Assembly (NCBI GenBank): GCA_963715865.1
Contig: OY970280.1
Location: 1,984,001 to 2,048,000, forward strand
Direction of reading: 5' to 3'
DNA length: 64,000 bases
Origin: Candidatus Bathyarchaeota archaeon
GTDB lineage: Archaea > Thermoproteota > Bathyarchaeia > Bathyarchaeales > Bathycorpusculaceae
In this document: positions 9,800 to 20,576 of the stretch, in pieces
Layout of the letters: the number at the start of each line of letters is the position of its first letter
Position numbering within the stretch: the first letter of the stretch is position 1
Translations under genes and position numbers: made by a program
Notes under the pieces: model-generated
What the model was told of the DNA's origin: nothing
Seen by the model: the letters and a program-made list of their open reading frames with translations, nothing else
The model's database searches: none

Positions 9800-10570
9800 C
9801 TACTTTTTGTTTAAGTTTTGGTTTCCTGAGTTTTTGAAGGAAAGAATGGGATTTAGATTTTGGGAAATTGTTTTTAGGTCTTTTGCTATGAAATCTGGCT
9901 TTTGCTGGCTATCGAAAAGGTCTTTTAGCGTGTAAAACTGTGATGCAACAAAGATTGTTTTTAGTCCTGCTTGTTTAGCTCCTTTGATGTCTTCAATTGG
10001 GCTGTCGCCAATGTAAACTGCCTGGTTTGCTTGGATTTGCAGCTTGTTTAGGGTGTCTTGGAATATGTGGCTGCTTGGTTTTCGCCAGCCGTTTTCTTCC
10101 GAAACCACAACCGCATTGAAGAACGTGTTTATCCCGGTTTTCCTGAGGCTTGAGTAGATGACTGGTGCGTGGGTGAAGTTTGAGATTAAGGCTACTTTGC
10201 ATTGTTGGGTTGCTTGCTTGATCAGTTTTTTTGCGCCTGCTCTTAGCTCAAGCGTGTCTACGTAGTCTTTGAAGAAAACGTTCAAGGCAGCTTTGATGCG
10301 ATAATCATCCGCTGAAACCTTGAAACCGAGATTGCTGAGTGCTTCTGCCACCCAAACAGCGTTAGTTACTTCTCTTAATTGTTCATAGCGGATTTTGCGG
10401 TACTTCTCGTGAGCCACAATGTAGGCTTCTAAAAACTTGTCTTTGACAACATCAAAACCTTCATCCGCCAATGCTGCGTGGAGTTTTTCTCTTGAGGCTT
10501 CCATCGTGTAGTTTCCGCAGTTGACCAATGTGCCAATGTAATCAAATATTACCGCTTTAGCGCAATCCAT
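9800..10570 (-). CDS. HAD-superfamily hydrolase
   Basis: AVIFDYIGTLV, ISN, KP, YIGDSPIEDIKGA; start moved to the ATG at 10570, just past the upstream gene. Confidence 0.85.
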   Translation of the reverse strand: MDCAKAVIFDYIGTLVNCGNYTMEASREKLHAALADEGFDVVKDKFLEAYIVAHEKYRKIRYEQLREVTNAVWVAEALSNLGFKVSADDYRIKAALNVFFKDYVDTLELRAGAKKLIKQATQQCKVALISNFTHAPVIYSSLRKTGINTFFNAVVVSEENGWRKPSSHIFQDTLNKLQIQANQAVYIGDSPIEDIKGAKQAGLKTIFVASQFYTLKDLFDSQQKPDFIAKDLKTISQNLNPILSFKNSGNQNLNKK

Positions 10571-10571
10571 T

Positions 10572-11318
10572 TTAGGGTTCTCTCTTTTTCGATAGGATGT
10601 TGTTGTCGGCGACTTGTTGGATTTTTTTGCCAATAGCAGTGTTGAGCAACTTCTCCACGTCACCGATGGCATCTTCAACCTGTGGGTCAAAGGGAATTTC
10701 GCCGAGAAACTTTAACCCCAACTTTCCTGTTTCCTCTGCGATGCCTTTTGCCTTGTCCATCTTCATGTTTTCGATAACACCGATGATTGGCATCTTCAAC
10801 GCGCACAACAGGCTCACTTGTTTCTTTACGGTTTCAAAAGCTAACAGTGAAGGCGTTGTGACTATTAGGAATTCTATGCGTTTAATCAGCCTTACCAAGT
10901 CAAGAACTGCGTCGCCTATGCCTGGTGGCATGTCAATTACTAGAAAATCCAGTTTACCCCACTGCGTAACTGACAATAGCTCAATTAAAGCGTTTGAAAC
11001 GTCTGCTCCACGCAACGGTGCTGGGTTATCGCCCACAAAGTAAACAAGCGACATGTATTCTAAGCCGTGAACTGTTGGCGGAATTATGCCTTTTTCCTCT
11101 TTCAGCTGCGTGTTTTCAGCGTTTAAGATTATGTGGGTTGATGGGCTTGTGAAGTCTAAGTCGAATAAGCCTACTTTGCAGCCGTTATGTGCAAGGGTTA
11201 ATGCGAGCGTGGTTGCAACCATGCTTTTTCCAACTCCGCCTTTGCCGCTTGAAACCGCAATAATTCTGCTTATTCGGCTTAAACGCTTGTTTATTACGCT
11301 TGTTCTGGGGTCAACCAC
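10572..11318 (-). CDS. Mrp/NBP35-family ATPase, likely ATPase-type HypB partner of HypA
   Basis: SGKGGVGKS, DLD, LVIDMPPG, GVIENM; directly downstream of hypA. Confidence 0.88.
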   Translation of the reverse strand: MVDPRTSVINKRLSRISRIIAVSSGKGGVGKSMVATTLALTLAHNGCKVGLFDLDFTSPSTHIILNAENTQLKEEKGIIPPTVHGLEYMSLVYFVGDNPAPLRGADVSNALIELLSVTQWGKLDFLVIDMPPGIGDAVLDLVRLIKRIEFLIVTTPSLLAFETVKKQVSLLCALKMPIIGVIENMKMDKAKGIAEETGKLGLKFLGEIPFDPQVEDAIGDVEKLLNTAIGKKIQQVADNNILSKKREP

Positions 11319-11320
11319 GC

Positions 11321-11719
11321 TTATTTGGCTCCTTTTATGTTCTCAAGCCAAACTCCACGCCCGCTGCCGATTTCAAAGTCAGGGCTGCCACATTTAGGGC
11401 ACTTAATGTAAGTGTGCGCTACCTCGGGGACAAAGTGGATAGCTTCTGCAGTGTTTTTATCAAGTTTTTTCGTGTTAAACTGCCATGTGGTTTCGCAAAC
11501 TCTGCACTTCAATGTTGTTTTAGCTTTTAAGATGTGAAATTTGGCGTTCTTGAAAATTTCTGGTTTCATTTGCGATAAAGCAAAACGCAAAATGCCAGGC
11601 TCAACCTGCTGAAGCTCACCGACCTTAATGGTTACCTCTGTAACTTCTTTCAACTTCTCCTTCTCAGCAATCTCCTTCGCAGATGTGAGGATTGCTTCAG
11701 CTAAAGCCCATTCATGCAT
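11321..11719 (-). CDS. hypA: Hydrogenase nickel metallochaperone HypA
   Basis: MHEWALA, VGELQQV, CRVC...CPKCGS...G.GV.LENI. Confidence 0.92.
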   Translation of the reverse strand: MHEWALAEAILTSAKEIAEKEKLKEVTEVTIKVGELQQVEPGILRFALSQMKPEIFKNAKFHILKAKTTLKCRVCETTWQFNTKKLDKNTAEAIHFVPEVAHTYIKCPKCGSPDFEIGSGRGVWLENIKGAK

Positions 11720-11887
11720 AAACTAACCTAACTTTACGCATCTTTAAAAGAATATTGTGACAAACTTGCAGTTTTAAAGAAAAAATGTGTGTCTAATGCC
11801 GGAGCAATTATAGCCAGTCGCAAAATCGAGCAAGCAACAACTATCTTTAAATCTGGTTAATTTTACCTATCTTTTGCTGAACAACTG

Positions 11888-12463
11888 GTGATTTCTGTGG
11901 AAAAGCAAATTAAAATTCTCGCTTTCGCTGGAAGCCTACGAAAAGGCTCATATAACAAAGCCTTAGTCCGTGCAGCTGTAGAGCTTGCACCTGAAAATGT
12001 AGCGATAGAAATTTTCGATTTGGAAGGGATTCCACCCTACAATCAAGACCTTGAAAATACTCCACCAGAAAGGGTAAATGAGTTCAAAGATAAAATCAGG
12101 AGTGCCGACGCGCTTTTGATTGCAACTCCAGAATACAACTATTCAGTTCCCGGGGTGTTAAAGAACGCGATTGATTGGGCTTCGAGGCCGAAAACAGGAA
12201 ATCCGCTTGAAGGCAAGCCCGTTGCAATCATGAGTGCGTCAATCGGAAGGCTTGGTGGAGCCAGAGCACAATATCATCTGCGTCAATCTTTTGTTTTTCT
12301 TAACATGCACCCAGTTAACCAGCCTGAAGTCATGCTGCCCTCTGCCGCTGACAATATTGACGCCAACGGCAGGTTAACTAACGAACAAACAAGAGAGCTA
12401 ATCAGGCAACTGCTTGAAGCGCTGGTGGCATGGACTATCCGGCTTAAAGGTAAGCCACAATAA
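11888..12463 (+). CDS. NAD(P)H-dependent FMN reductase (ChrR/SsuE-like)
   Basis: GSLRKGSYN, ATPEYNYSVPGVLKNAIDWASR, GGARAQ.HLRQ. Confidence 0.9.
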   Translation: MISVEKQIKILAFAGSLRKGSYNKALVRAAVELAPENVAIEIFDLEGIPPYNQDLENTPPERVNEFKDKIRSADALLIATPEYNYSVPGVLKNAIDWASRPKTGNPLEGKPVAIMSASIGRLGGARAQYHLRQSFVFLNMHPVNQPEVMLPSAADNIDANGRLTNEQTRELIRQLLEALVAWTIRLKGKPQ

Positions 12464-12545
12464 AATTGATTAACGGCACTGTTTTAGCGCTGACTAGCAA
12501 AGCCTTAAAATTGTTAGATGCCACGTTAGGGATTAGGCGCGGAAC

Positions 12546-13838
12546 TTGAGAGTCATAGCTGACCTGCATATTCATGGTCGTTACAGTCGGGCAACAAGCG
12601 AGCAAATGAGCATTCCTGAAATCGCTCGCTACTCAAAAATTAAGGGTTTAAACATGGTTGGCACAGGCGATTTTACTCATCCGCAATGGCTCAAAGAAAT
12701 CAAGGAAACGCTCACAACAGAGCAGGATACAGGCCTTTTCAAATTAACCAGCAACATGGGCTCCTCAACTCGCTTTATGCTTACAACCGAAGTGTGCACC
12801 ATCTTCGATTATAAGGGCGAATCCAAGAAAGTTCACCATGTCATATTGACCCCAAGCATGGAGACCGCTGTTCAAATTAATGAATCGCTTAAGCGCTATG
12901 GCGATTTAGCCTCAGACGGCAGACCAATCCTAGACATGACGGCGCCACAGCTTGTTGAACAAGTAATGGCTGTTTCAAGCGAAAACATGATTTTTCCAGC
13001 TCACGCTTGGACGCCGTGGTTTAGCATTTTCGGCGCCTTCAGCGGCTTCGACACCATTGAAGATTGTTATCAAGACATGACAAAGCACATTCATGCTTTA
13101 GAAACTGGACTCTCGTCTGACCCAGCGATGAACTGGCGGCTGAGCAAGCTGGACCGGTTTGCGCTTGTTTCAAACAGTGACTGCCACAGTTTTTGGCCAT
13201 GGCGCATCGGCAGAGAAGCTAACGTTTTCGAACTTGAAAAATTCACTTACCAAGAAGTTACGGGCGCCATAAAAAGCAATGATCCAGCACGGTTCAAGTT
13301 TACTATTGAGACCGACCCTGCCTATGGCAAGTATCATTGGACTGGACACCGCAACTGCAAAGTATCCCTCGCACCGCAAGAAGCCATAAAATTCAATAAT
13401 GTTTGTCCAGTTTGCCGCAGAAAACTCACCAAAGGCGTTGAGCAACGCGTTGAAGAACTTGCGGACAGACCCATAAACTTCAAACGTGAAGGTGCGCCGG
13501 GGTTTTTGCGTTTGCTTCCACTCTCCGAAATTATAGCTGCAGTGTTAGGTACTGGTTCGCCTTCGACTCAAGCCGTTTGGAAAAACTATAATTTGCTGGT
13601 TGAAAAATTCGGGGATGAGTACACTGTGCTAATTGATACGCCCATGGAGGCTTTAGCTAAGGTGGTGGATGCACCGATAGCCCAAGCCATCGTTAAAGTT
13701 AGAAACGGCACAGTTAAGGTCACGCCAGGATACGACGGCGTTTATGGACAGATTGTTTTAGGCGTTGATGCCCCAGCGGTTAAACCTAAGCCCGCACATG
13801 GAACCGTTAAGCAGTTGAATATCGCTGATTTCTGGTGA
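12546..13838 (+). CDS. Endonuclease Q family (PHP domain plus Zn finger)
   Basis: DLHIHGRYSRATS, GTGDFTHP, PAHAWTPW, ETGLSSD, NSD.HS, GKYH..GHR.C...CPVC, PGYDGVYG. Confidence 0.9.
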   Translation: MRVIADLHIHGRYSRATSEQMSIPEIARYSKIKGLNMVGTGDFTHPQWLKEIKETLTTEQDTGLFKLTSNMGSSTRFMLTTEVCTIFDYKGESKKVHHVILTPSMETAVQINESLKRYGDLASDGRPILDMTAPQLVEQVMAVSSENMIFPAHAWTPWFSIFGAFSGFDTIEDCYQDMTKHIHALETGLSSDPAMNWRLSKLDRFALVSNSDCHSFWPWRIGREANVFELEKFTYQEVTGAIKSNDPARFKFTIETDPAYGKYHWTGHRNCKVSLAPQEAIKFNNVCPVCRRKLTKGVEQRVEELADRPINFKREGAPGFLRLLPLSEIIAAVLGTGSPSTQAVWKNYNLLVEKFGDEYTVLIDTPMEALAKVVDAPIAQAIVKVRNGTVKVTPGYDGVYGQIVLGVDAPAVKPKPAHGTVKQLNIADFW

Positions 13839-13943
13839 TGAATTTCAAGTTATCGTTAATCGGCTATTTAGAAAAACAAAATGATTTAATTCCCTCAAAG
13901 AATTCTAGTTTTAACGTTACGCTTTACAAAGGATAGATTACTC

Positions 13944-15329
13944 TTGAAAGACCTTCTAACCAAAATAAATAACACAGCCATTCAAAAGTTCGGAGCCCAA
14001 TACGCTGAAGCCCGAGCCCAAAAACTTTTCAAAACAATGCTCACTTTGAAAGAGGAGCGTGTGGAAGCAGCTAAGCAGGGCATTGAGAACGGCGTTGCCT
14101 TGCGTGTACTTGTAAATGGCGCGTGGGGTTTCGCTTCAGTTGGATCATTGAACAGTGAAATTTTGGAAAGTGCTGTTTCGGATGCTTGTAGAATGGCTAA
14201 AATGGCTAGTTCACGGTTGAAAACGCCGATTAAACTTGCGGCGGCTAAAACCGTTAGTGACCGTGTTGAGTCGAAACCGAGGAAGAACCCTTCAGATATT
14301 CAGATGGAGGATAAAATTAAAACGGCTTTGGCGGTAAACAAGACTGGTTTGGGCTTTGATAATCGAGTAAAAAGTTGCACAATAGACTATCTTGATTTGA
14401 CTGGAACCAGCTATTTTGTGAACAGCGACGGCACAAGCATAGAGCAGGATAAACTGTATGTTTGGGCAAGAATAACTGCTTCAGCCTTAAACGAGGGCGT
14501 TTTCACTTTTAGCCGAGAAGAAATAGGCTCCACAGCAGGCTACGAAATATTCGATGAGCAAGCCCCCGAGGTCTTGGGCGAAAAAGTTGCGAAACGCGCG
14601 ATTGAACAGTTAAACGCTAAATCGCTGAAGGGCGGAACGTTCCCAGTTGTTTTGGGTCCAAACGTGGTAGGTGTTTTTGTTCATGAAGCGTTTGGGCATT
14701 TAGCTGAAGCTGATTTAGCGCTTTCGGGCGGTGTTTTAGCAAGTAATATGGGGAAAAAAATCGGTTCAGACTTGGTAACGTTTTATGATGATGGCACAAT
14801 CGAGGGAGCTTTTGGCGCTTTCAAATATGACGATGAAGGGGTTCCAACCCAGAAAACATTGCTGATAAAGGATGGCGTAGTTGCTGGTTTAATGCATAAC
14901 CGTGAGACCGCCCAAAAATTCAATGCTGAACCCACAGGTAACGCGAGGGCTGAAGATTTCCGTGTGGAACCAATCATCCGTATGCGATGCACTTACATGG
15001 CGCCCAGAGACCATTCCTTTGAAGAATTAATCGAAAAAGTCAAGCAAGGTTATTACTTTAAGAGTTTTAGGGGTGGACAAGCTAACCTTGACGGCACTTT
15101 CCAAGTTGGCATCCAAGAAGGCTACGAAATAGTCAACGGAGAAATAGGCGCACCAGTCCGTGATGCATCAATAAGCGGCAATACCCTTGAAACTTTGCAT
15201 AAGGTTGATGCTGTGGGAAAAGATTTTCAGTTAGATCAGGGAAGGTGCGGGAAAGGCCAAACAGCCTTCATTAGTGATGGTGGACCGCACATTAGAGTTA
15301 AAGAGGTGGTTGTTGGTGGTAGTGCTTGA
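13944..15329 (+). CDS. tldD: TldD metalloprotease subunit
   Basis: [23 protein letters not shown]...RMRCT, CGKGQ...GGPH. Confidence 0.9.
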   Translation: MKDLLTKINNTAIQKFGAQYAEARAQKLFKTMLTLKEERVEAAKQGIENGVALRVLVNGAWGFASVGSLNSEILESAVSDACRMAKMASSRLKTPIKLAAAKTVSDRVESKPRKNPSDIQMEDKIKTALAVNKTGLGFDNRVKSCTIDYLDLTGTSYFVNSDGTSIEQDKLYVWARITASALNEGVFTFSREEIGSTAGYEIFDEQAPEVLGEKVAKRAIEQLNAKSLKGGTFPVVLGPNVVGVFVHEAFGHLAEADLALSGGVLASNMGKKIGSDLVTFYDDGTIEGAFGAFKYDDEGVPTQKTLLIKDGVVAGLMHNRETAQKFNAEPTGNARAEDFRVEPIIRMRCTYMAPRDHSFEELIEKVKQGYYFKSFRGGQANLDGTFQVGIQEGYEIVNGEIGAPVRDASISGNTLETLHKVDAVGKDFQLDQGRCGKGQTAFISDGGPHIRVKEVVVGGSA

Positions 15330-15339
15330 AAAAAACATA

Positions 15340-16680
15340 ATGGTAAGTTTAGCGGAAAACGCAGTAAATGAAGCCTTGAAAAAAGGAGCCTCTGAAGCTG
15401 AGGCCTACGTTTACGAGGGGCAAGCAACAAGCATCGGCATCGAACTGGGCCAAATCAGCAAAAGCAATAGGATAATTGACCGAGGCTTAGGCATCCGAGT
15501 TGCCGCTAACAAAGCAGTAGGTTTTGCTTACACAAACATCCTTGACGATGCAAACGCTATTGAAAGCGTGATTCTCAGGGCTTTGAGTGCTGCAAAAGCA
15601 AGTAAACCTGACCAGGACTGGAATGGGCTTCCACAAAAGAAACCGTATGCTTCACCAAAGAAAACTTTTGATGATAAAGTTGTTGAACTTGGGTCAGAGG
15701 AACTAGTTAATGTAGCTTCAATCATGTTGGATTCTGCTGGGCAAGTGGATAAACGCGTTTTCCCGATTGAAGGAGGAATAGGCAGCGCTTACATTTCTAA
15801 CGCCATCGCTAACTCGAACGGAATCACAGGTTTTGATAAAGGAACGGTTATTGAATGCAGTTTGGCGACGTTGGCTAAGGAAGGCACTGCGGTCACGCCT
15901 GTTTGCTTTGAATTTAACGCTTCAAGAAACTATAACGTTGACCCAGTCTGGGTTGGGAAAGAAGCAGCGAAACTGGCGGTTTCAGCATTAAAAACTAAGT
16001 CAGTTGAAACCAAATCCACTACGCTTATACTGACGCAGTTTGCATTGCAAGACCTTTTTGCTTACACGTTAGTTAACGCTGTTAAAGCCGACAATGTTCA
16101 GAGGAATCAGTCTCCGTTTAAAGGAAAAATCGGAGAAAAAGTCGCTTCAGAAAACCTAACCATTTACGACGAGGGCTTATTCCCCGGCGGACTCCGCACT
16201 TGGGCTTTTGACGGCGAAGGAGTGCCACATCAGAAAACAGTGGTCATAAAGAAAGGCGTACTGCGCAATTTCCTATACGATACCTACTCCGCAAAAAAAG
16301 AAGCGAAAGAAAGCACTGGGAACGCTTCAAGGGCTGGGTACCTGTCAACACCGAGCATCGACACTACAAACTTTCACGTTATGCCTGGAAACAAAACATC
16401 CGACGAAATGCTAAGCGAAGTAGATGACGGCTTAATAATCTATTACCTACAAGGCGCTCATAGCAGTAATCCTATCAGCGGCGAATTCTCAGTTGTTGCA
16501 ACTCCAGCTTGGAAAATAAAGAAAGGCGAAATAGTCCATTGCAGCCGAGGCGTAATGTTGGCAGGCAACATTTTTGAAGTACTTAAAAACGTGAGTTTGG
16601 TCGGTAGCAATGAGCGGCAGATGGGGCAGTTGATTTCTCCATGGATTCAAGTTGAAAATGTGCGTGTGATTGGAAAATAG
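15340..16680 (+). CDS. pmbA: PmbA/TldE subunit
   Basis: [32 protein letters not shown]; paired with tldD; start at 15322 or 15340. Confidence 0.88.
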   Translation: MVSLAENAVNEALKKGASEAEAYVYEGQATSIGIELGQISKSNRIIDRGLGIRVAANKAVGFAYTNILDDANAIESVILRALSAAKASKPDQDWNGLPQKKPYASPKKTFDDKVVELGSEELVNVASIMLDSAGQVDKRVFPIEGGIGSAYISNAIANSNGITGFDKGTVIECSLATLAKEGTAVTPVCFEFNASRNYNVDPVWVGKEAAKLAVSALKTKSVETKSTTLILTQFALQDLFAYTLVNAVKADNVQRNQSPFKGKIGEKVASENLTIYDEGLFPGGLRTWAFDGEGVPHQKTVVIKKGVLRNFLYDTYSAKKEAKESTGNASRAGYLSTPSIDTTNFHVMPGNKTSDEMLSEVDDGLIIYYLQGAHSSNPISGEFSVVATPAWKIKKGEIVHCSRGVMLAGNIFEVLKNVSLVGSNERQMGQLISPWIQVENVRVIGK

Positions 16681-16687
16681 CGCTGAG

Positions 16688-16980
16688 TCAAGTTGTTGTG
16701 ACTGTTATTTTCCATGAGTCACCGTTGTCGGTGTACGTGTATGTTGTCTGTGTATTATTTACGTAAACTTTCAGATTTGAAATGCTAGGCAATGAGGCTT
16801 TGCTGATCACCGCTTGGATATAATTAACCCCACTTTTGACTAATGTCACATTCAATGAAGCAGTCGATTGATCAAAGTGCACTCCAGTCACAGTAACGTT
16901 AGCGCTAACTTGAAGAGCTGTAGTTAAAGGCGCAGAAGTAGGCGTCGGAGTAGGAGCAGGCGTGGGCGTCGGCGTTGGAG
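16688..16980. repeat. Duplicated ~290-bp 3' gene segment, copy 1
   Basis: Nearly identical to 18801-19093 with long exact runs (e.g. gattgatcaaagtgcactccagtcacagtaacgttagcgctaacttgaagagctgt). Confidence 0.9.
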
Positions 16981-18742
16981 AAGTTTCAACGTCTATGTAG
17001 GAGGTATTGACTCTCACACAGTCAACGTAAATGGCTGCGCTTGTGTCTGCCCAAGAAATTCCAGTGCAAATTAAGTTACTGTTTCCCGCGTGCGAACGAG
17101 AGGCATTAACTTTTAGGTTTCCGTTTACCCAGAGGTTTGTCCGGTGATTGGTTACGTCGCGACAGATTTCAACGTTATAATAGGTCCCTATTGTTGGGTT
17201 GCTTGCTGTTGCTTCTCTGTCCCAATATGCGACTCCGTTTATGACGGATACTGCGCCCCAATAGTATTGCCCGTTACTGTTGTAAATGAAGGGGTCAAGC
17301 GTGTTCTGAGAATTCGTGTTCTGAATGCTGCCTAAGCAAAGATATGCACCAGAGGCAGGCAGATTGTTTAATTTAATGAGTTGGCGGTAATAAGTGACGG
17401 CACTGCTGCTTATTGATTGATAAGCCCAGCCTTCAGAAGACGCGCCTGCAGTAAATTTGGCGTCGTAAGCTCCAAGATATGGGTTGTTTGTTTCGACTGT
17501 TGCTGAGTAAGTGCCTGCACCGCTTACTCCTGCATATTCACTGAAATTGCCGGTTTCAAAGTCAGCTTTGAAAAGGTAACCTGGGTTTGGTGTCGGGGTA
17601 GGAGTGGGTGTTGGAGTAGGCGTGGGAGTAGGCGAAGGGGTCGGTGTTGGCGTGGGCGTTGGCGAAGGCGCTGGAGATGAAACAGAGTTTATGCACTGGC
17701 CATATTGTACTACGCCGTTAACTACAACATCATGATACATTAATCCTTGAACAAAGTTGCTTGCAGCTGTTGTTCCATCATAAGCCACTTGCGCTTGAAG
17801 ATTCTGCACTTGGACCCAGCTTAAACCATCGTCGGAGCTATAATAGATTCCAGCGTTTCTTGGTGATCCCTCGCCGCCACAGAAACTAGCATACAAGTTA
17901 TTGTCCAAATCACTTTTTCTTATCCAAAAGCAATATGAGCTGGCGCCAGTGTCAAGAACCACAGTGTATGAATTGTCGTCGGTTGTTCTGAATAATTGGC
18001 CATTGATAGAGTCGGAGCCGAAAAGTCTGGCGCTTGGTGTAATTTCAATCGCTACTGCTTGAGGCATACCTGTAAGTATTTTTTTCCAGGTCGAGCCGCC
18101 GTCAGTGGAGCGGATAACATAGCAAGTAGACCATGGCCCGAAATTGTCGCCTACTGTTGCATAAACGTAATTGTTACTTTTATCAACCCTGATGCAGTGA
18201 ATGTGACGCGCCTGCGAATCATAGTAAACAGAATTCCAAGTTGACCCATTATTTACGCTCATATAAATTCGTGCATTAGAGTTCAAAGATCCTGTTGTGT
18301 ATACTCCGGCAAACAAGGTGCCATTATTGTCCTGGTCAATTCCCCAGATGCATTCAGATGTATTTAATGCTAATACTCTTGTCCAACTTTGCCCTTGATT
18401 TGTGCTACGCCACAGTCCAGTGTTTGATTGACTGATACTATTTCCAGCCGCTGAAAAGTAAATGTAACCGTTAGACGAAACAAAAATGCAGCTTTCATCG
18501 TCAGCGTTAGGAATTGTTTTTAATGCTGAAGACCAAGTTTGACCTTTGTCCTGACTTTTGTAAATATTTCCAACTGTTCCTGCATACAAAGTTCCGTCTT
18601 GTGCAACACCTGCAGCTTGAATTGGTTTAGTTAAATTTGTATATGTGAAAGTTTGTTGAGCTGCTTCAATCTGAAGAGTAAAAATTAATGTTGATAAAAG
18701 AAGGAGAATAATGGTTGAAACGAGCAGCGTCTTTTTTTTCAT
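16688..18742 (-). CDS. Secreted BNR-repeat beta-propeller, PT linker, ConA/LamG-like beta-sandwich, PT linker, conserved C-terminal domain
   Basis: Signal peptide, several S.D.G.(T/S)W repeats, (PT)n linkers, ADFETGN...YVD sandwich domain. Confidence 0.75.
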   Translation of the reverse strand: MKKKTLLVSTIILLLLSTLIFTLQIEAAQQTFTYTNLTKPIQAAGVAQDGTLYAGTVGNIYKSQDKGQTWSSALKTIPNADDESCIFVSSNGYIYFSAAGNSISQSNTGLWRSTNQGQSWTRVLALNTSECIWGIDQDNNGTLFAGVYTTGSLNSNARIYMSVNNGSTWNSVYYDSQARHIHCIRVDKSNNYVYATVGDNFGPWSTCYVIRSTDGGSTWKKILTGMPQAVAIEITPSARLFGSDSINGQLFRTTDDNSYTVVLDTGASSYCFWIRKSDLDNNLYASFCGGEGSPRNAGIYYSSDDGLSWVQVQNLQAQVAYDGTTAASNFVQGLMYHDVVVNGVVQYGQCINSVSSPAPSPTPTPTPTPSPTPTPTPTPTPTPTPNPGYLFKADFETGNFSEYAGVSGAGTYSATVETNNPYLGAYDAKFTAGASSEGWAYQSISSSAVTYYRQLIKLNNLPASGAYLCLGSIQNTNSQNTLDPFIYNSNGQYYWGAVSVINGVAYWDREATASNPTIGTYYNVEICRDVTNHRTNLWVNGNLKVNASRSHAGNSNLICTGISWADTSAAIYVDCVRVNTSYIDVETSPTPTPTPAPTPTPTSAPLTTALQVSANVTVTGVHFDQSTASLNVTLVKSGVNYIQAVISKASLPSISNLKVYVNNTQTTYTYTDNGDSWKITVTTT
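17588..17674. repeat. Coding Pro-Thr hexamer repeat
   Basis: Degenerate 6-bp repeat encoding (PT/PS)n. Confidence 0.85.
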
Positions 18743-18800
18743 TTTTTTCCTCTTAATTCCTTATTTTTTTAAAAAAAATGGAAATCATATGAAGTTACCG

Positions 18801-19093
18801 CTATGTTGTTACGATTGTTATTGCCCATGAGTTACCGCTGTTAGTATACGTGTAGGTTGTCCGCGTATTATTAACGTAAACTTTCAGATTTGATATGCTG
18901 GGCAACGAGGCTTTGCTGATCACTGCTTGGATATAATTAACTCCATTCTTAACTATCGTCACATTCAACAAAGCAGCCGATTGATCAAAGTGCACTCCAG
19001 TCACAGTAACGTTAGCGCTAACTTGAAGAGCTGTCGTTAAAGGCGCAGAAGTAGGCGTCGGAGTAGGAGTAGGCGTGGGCGTCGGCGTTGGTG
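18801..19093. repeat. Duplicated ~290-bp 3' gene segment, copy 2
   Basis: Matches 16688-16980. Confidence 0.9.
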
Positions 19094-20342
19094 TTGGCGT
19101 GGGAGTAGGAGTTGGTGTAGGGGTAGGAGTGGGAGTTGGTGTCGGAGTAGGCAAAGGAGTTGGTGTAGGGGTTGGTGTTGGTGTTGGAGTAGGAGTAGGG
19201 GTTGGTGTGGGTTGGGGCTGAACATTCTCTGTTATAGCAAATGTTTGACCTGGACCGTTAGAGCCGAAAGTTATGCCCATGGGGTTGCTTGTAAGCATAT
19301 TGGTGTGATTTAACGATTGAGGGATAGCAGTGGCTGTTATGATTTGCCAGTTTAAGCCATCTTCGCTTGCCACTATTCGTGAAGTGCCTGCGTAAAACTC
19401 TGCTGTGCTTGAGAAAATCATTATTTTGTTTAGCCAAACTGCTGAGACTATTGGGAAATTGCTATCCGAAGGAAAATTGTAGACTGTCTGAGGGGTAAAG
19501 GCGATATTTGAGCCATTGTCGTAGAAGCGGTCTATCCAGTTAGGCTGAAAGGCTTGGTCGGTGCCGAGGTAAACCCAGCTATTATTGAACAGTATTGCAA
19601 AGTAAACTGTGGTGCCTATGGCTTGAATCTCTGCTGGTCGGTTAATGACAATGCTCCATGTTTGTCCAAGGTTTTTGCTCCTGAAAATTCGCTCGCATTC
19701 TGTGTTGTTATAGCCTTGGCCCCATTCGCTTGTGGCTACATAGAGGTAGCCGTCCGCTGGGTTAAATTTAACGTTGTGAATATGTACGCATCCAAATGTA
19801 CGGATTACGGACCATGATGCTCCGCCATTTGTGCTTTTCAAAACAGCAGGGCTTTGTGGATAAATGCTGTTGTCGTAAGTGGCTGTATAAAGGTTTCTGG
19901 CTGAGTCCTCTGTTAGAGCTATGTAGAAACCATCGTTTTGGGTTCCGTTAGTGTTAAGAACTTGAGTGAAGGAAGAACCAAAATTCGTGCTTCTGTAAAG
20001 TCTATTTGTGCCCGGAATTGAAACGAAAATGTAGTTACGTGAATCAACAAATATTGTCCATACATAACCCGCAACCTGACTATTAGGGTTGGATTGTTGT
20101 GGGAAATGGTAAATTAGCCTAAAAGACGTGCCGTTATTATCACTTCTATACAAGCCATAATTATTATCACCTGCGAAAAGGGTACCATTAGGGGCAAAAG
20201 TAGACCCGCACATTTGACCTGTAAAGCTAGGGACAGAAGTTATCTGAAGTTGACTAATAGAAGCATTGGCTCGAAAATCAAAAATAATTGCTGAAGAAAA
20301 AAGAATAAAAATGCAAAAAACCAAAAACAGCTTGTTTCTCAA
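18801..20342 (-). CDS. Secreted BNR-repeat beta-propeller, long PT linker, conserved C-terminal domain (paralog of the adjacent gene)
   Basis: Signal peptide; [29 protein letters not shown] repeats; about 55-aa PT linker. Confidence 0.75.
   Translation of the reverse strand: MRNKLFLVFCIFILFSSAIIFDFRANASISQLQITSVPSFTGQMCGSTFAPNGTLFAGDNNYGLYRSDNNGTSFRLIYHFPQQSNPNSQVAGYVWTIFVDSRNYIFVSIPGTNRLYRSTNFGSSFTQVLNTNGTQNDGFYIALTEDSARNLYTATYDNSIYPQSPAVLKSTNGGASWSVIRTFGCVHIHNVKFNPADGYLYVATSEWGQGYNNTECERIFRSKNLGQTWSIVINRPAEIQAIGTTVYFAILFNNSWVYLGTDQAFQPNWIDRFYDNGSNIAFTPQTVYNFPSDSNFPIVSAVWLNKIMIFSSTAEFYAGTSRIVASEDGLNWQIITATAIPQSLNHTNMLTSNPMGITFGSNGPGQTFAITENVQPQPTPTPTPTPTPTPTPTPTPLPTPTPTPTPTPTPTPTPTPTPTPTPTPTPTPTPTSAPLTTALQVSANVTVTGVHFDQSAALLNVTIVKNGVNYIQAVISKASLPSISNLKVYVNNTRTTYTYTNSGNSWAITIVTT
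19051..19217. repeat. Coding Pro-Thr hexamer repeat
   Basis: Degenerate 6-bp repeat encoding a long (PT)n linker. Confidence 0.9.
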
Positions 20343-20576
20343 AATTTTTTCCTCCTTTCATATAATAAATACAAACAATTTCAAGTCTAAAGAAAAAGTA
20401 AGCGGAAACTAAATGCGATAGGCAGGTGCGCTTATAGTTATGCGTTTTGTATAAGTGGGTGCAGACTTTGAGAGCGCTGGTACCGCTTATTTTCTACTTA
20501 GGCAACTACTGATTCTTCTAGTGGAAGAGGGATATAGTCCTTTTTACGAGTTAGAGGTTGCTTGTTTCCAGCGTAT

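Noticed and set aside
10571-10690. N-terminal extension of the HAD ORF in the track
   Set aside because: Overlaps the mrp gene; homology begins at the ATG at 10570
17588-19217. Tandem repeats as a possible CRISPR or satellite array
   Set aside because: They are degenerate 6-bp coding repeats for Pro-Thr linkers; no repeat-spacer structure and no cas genes in the window
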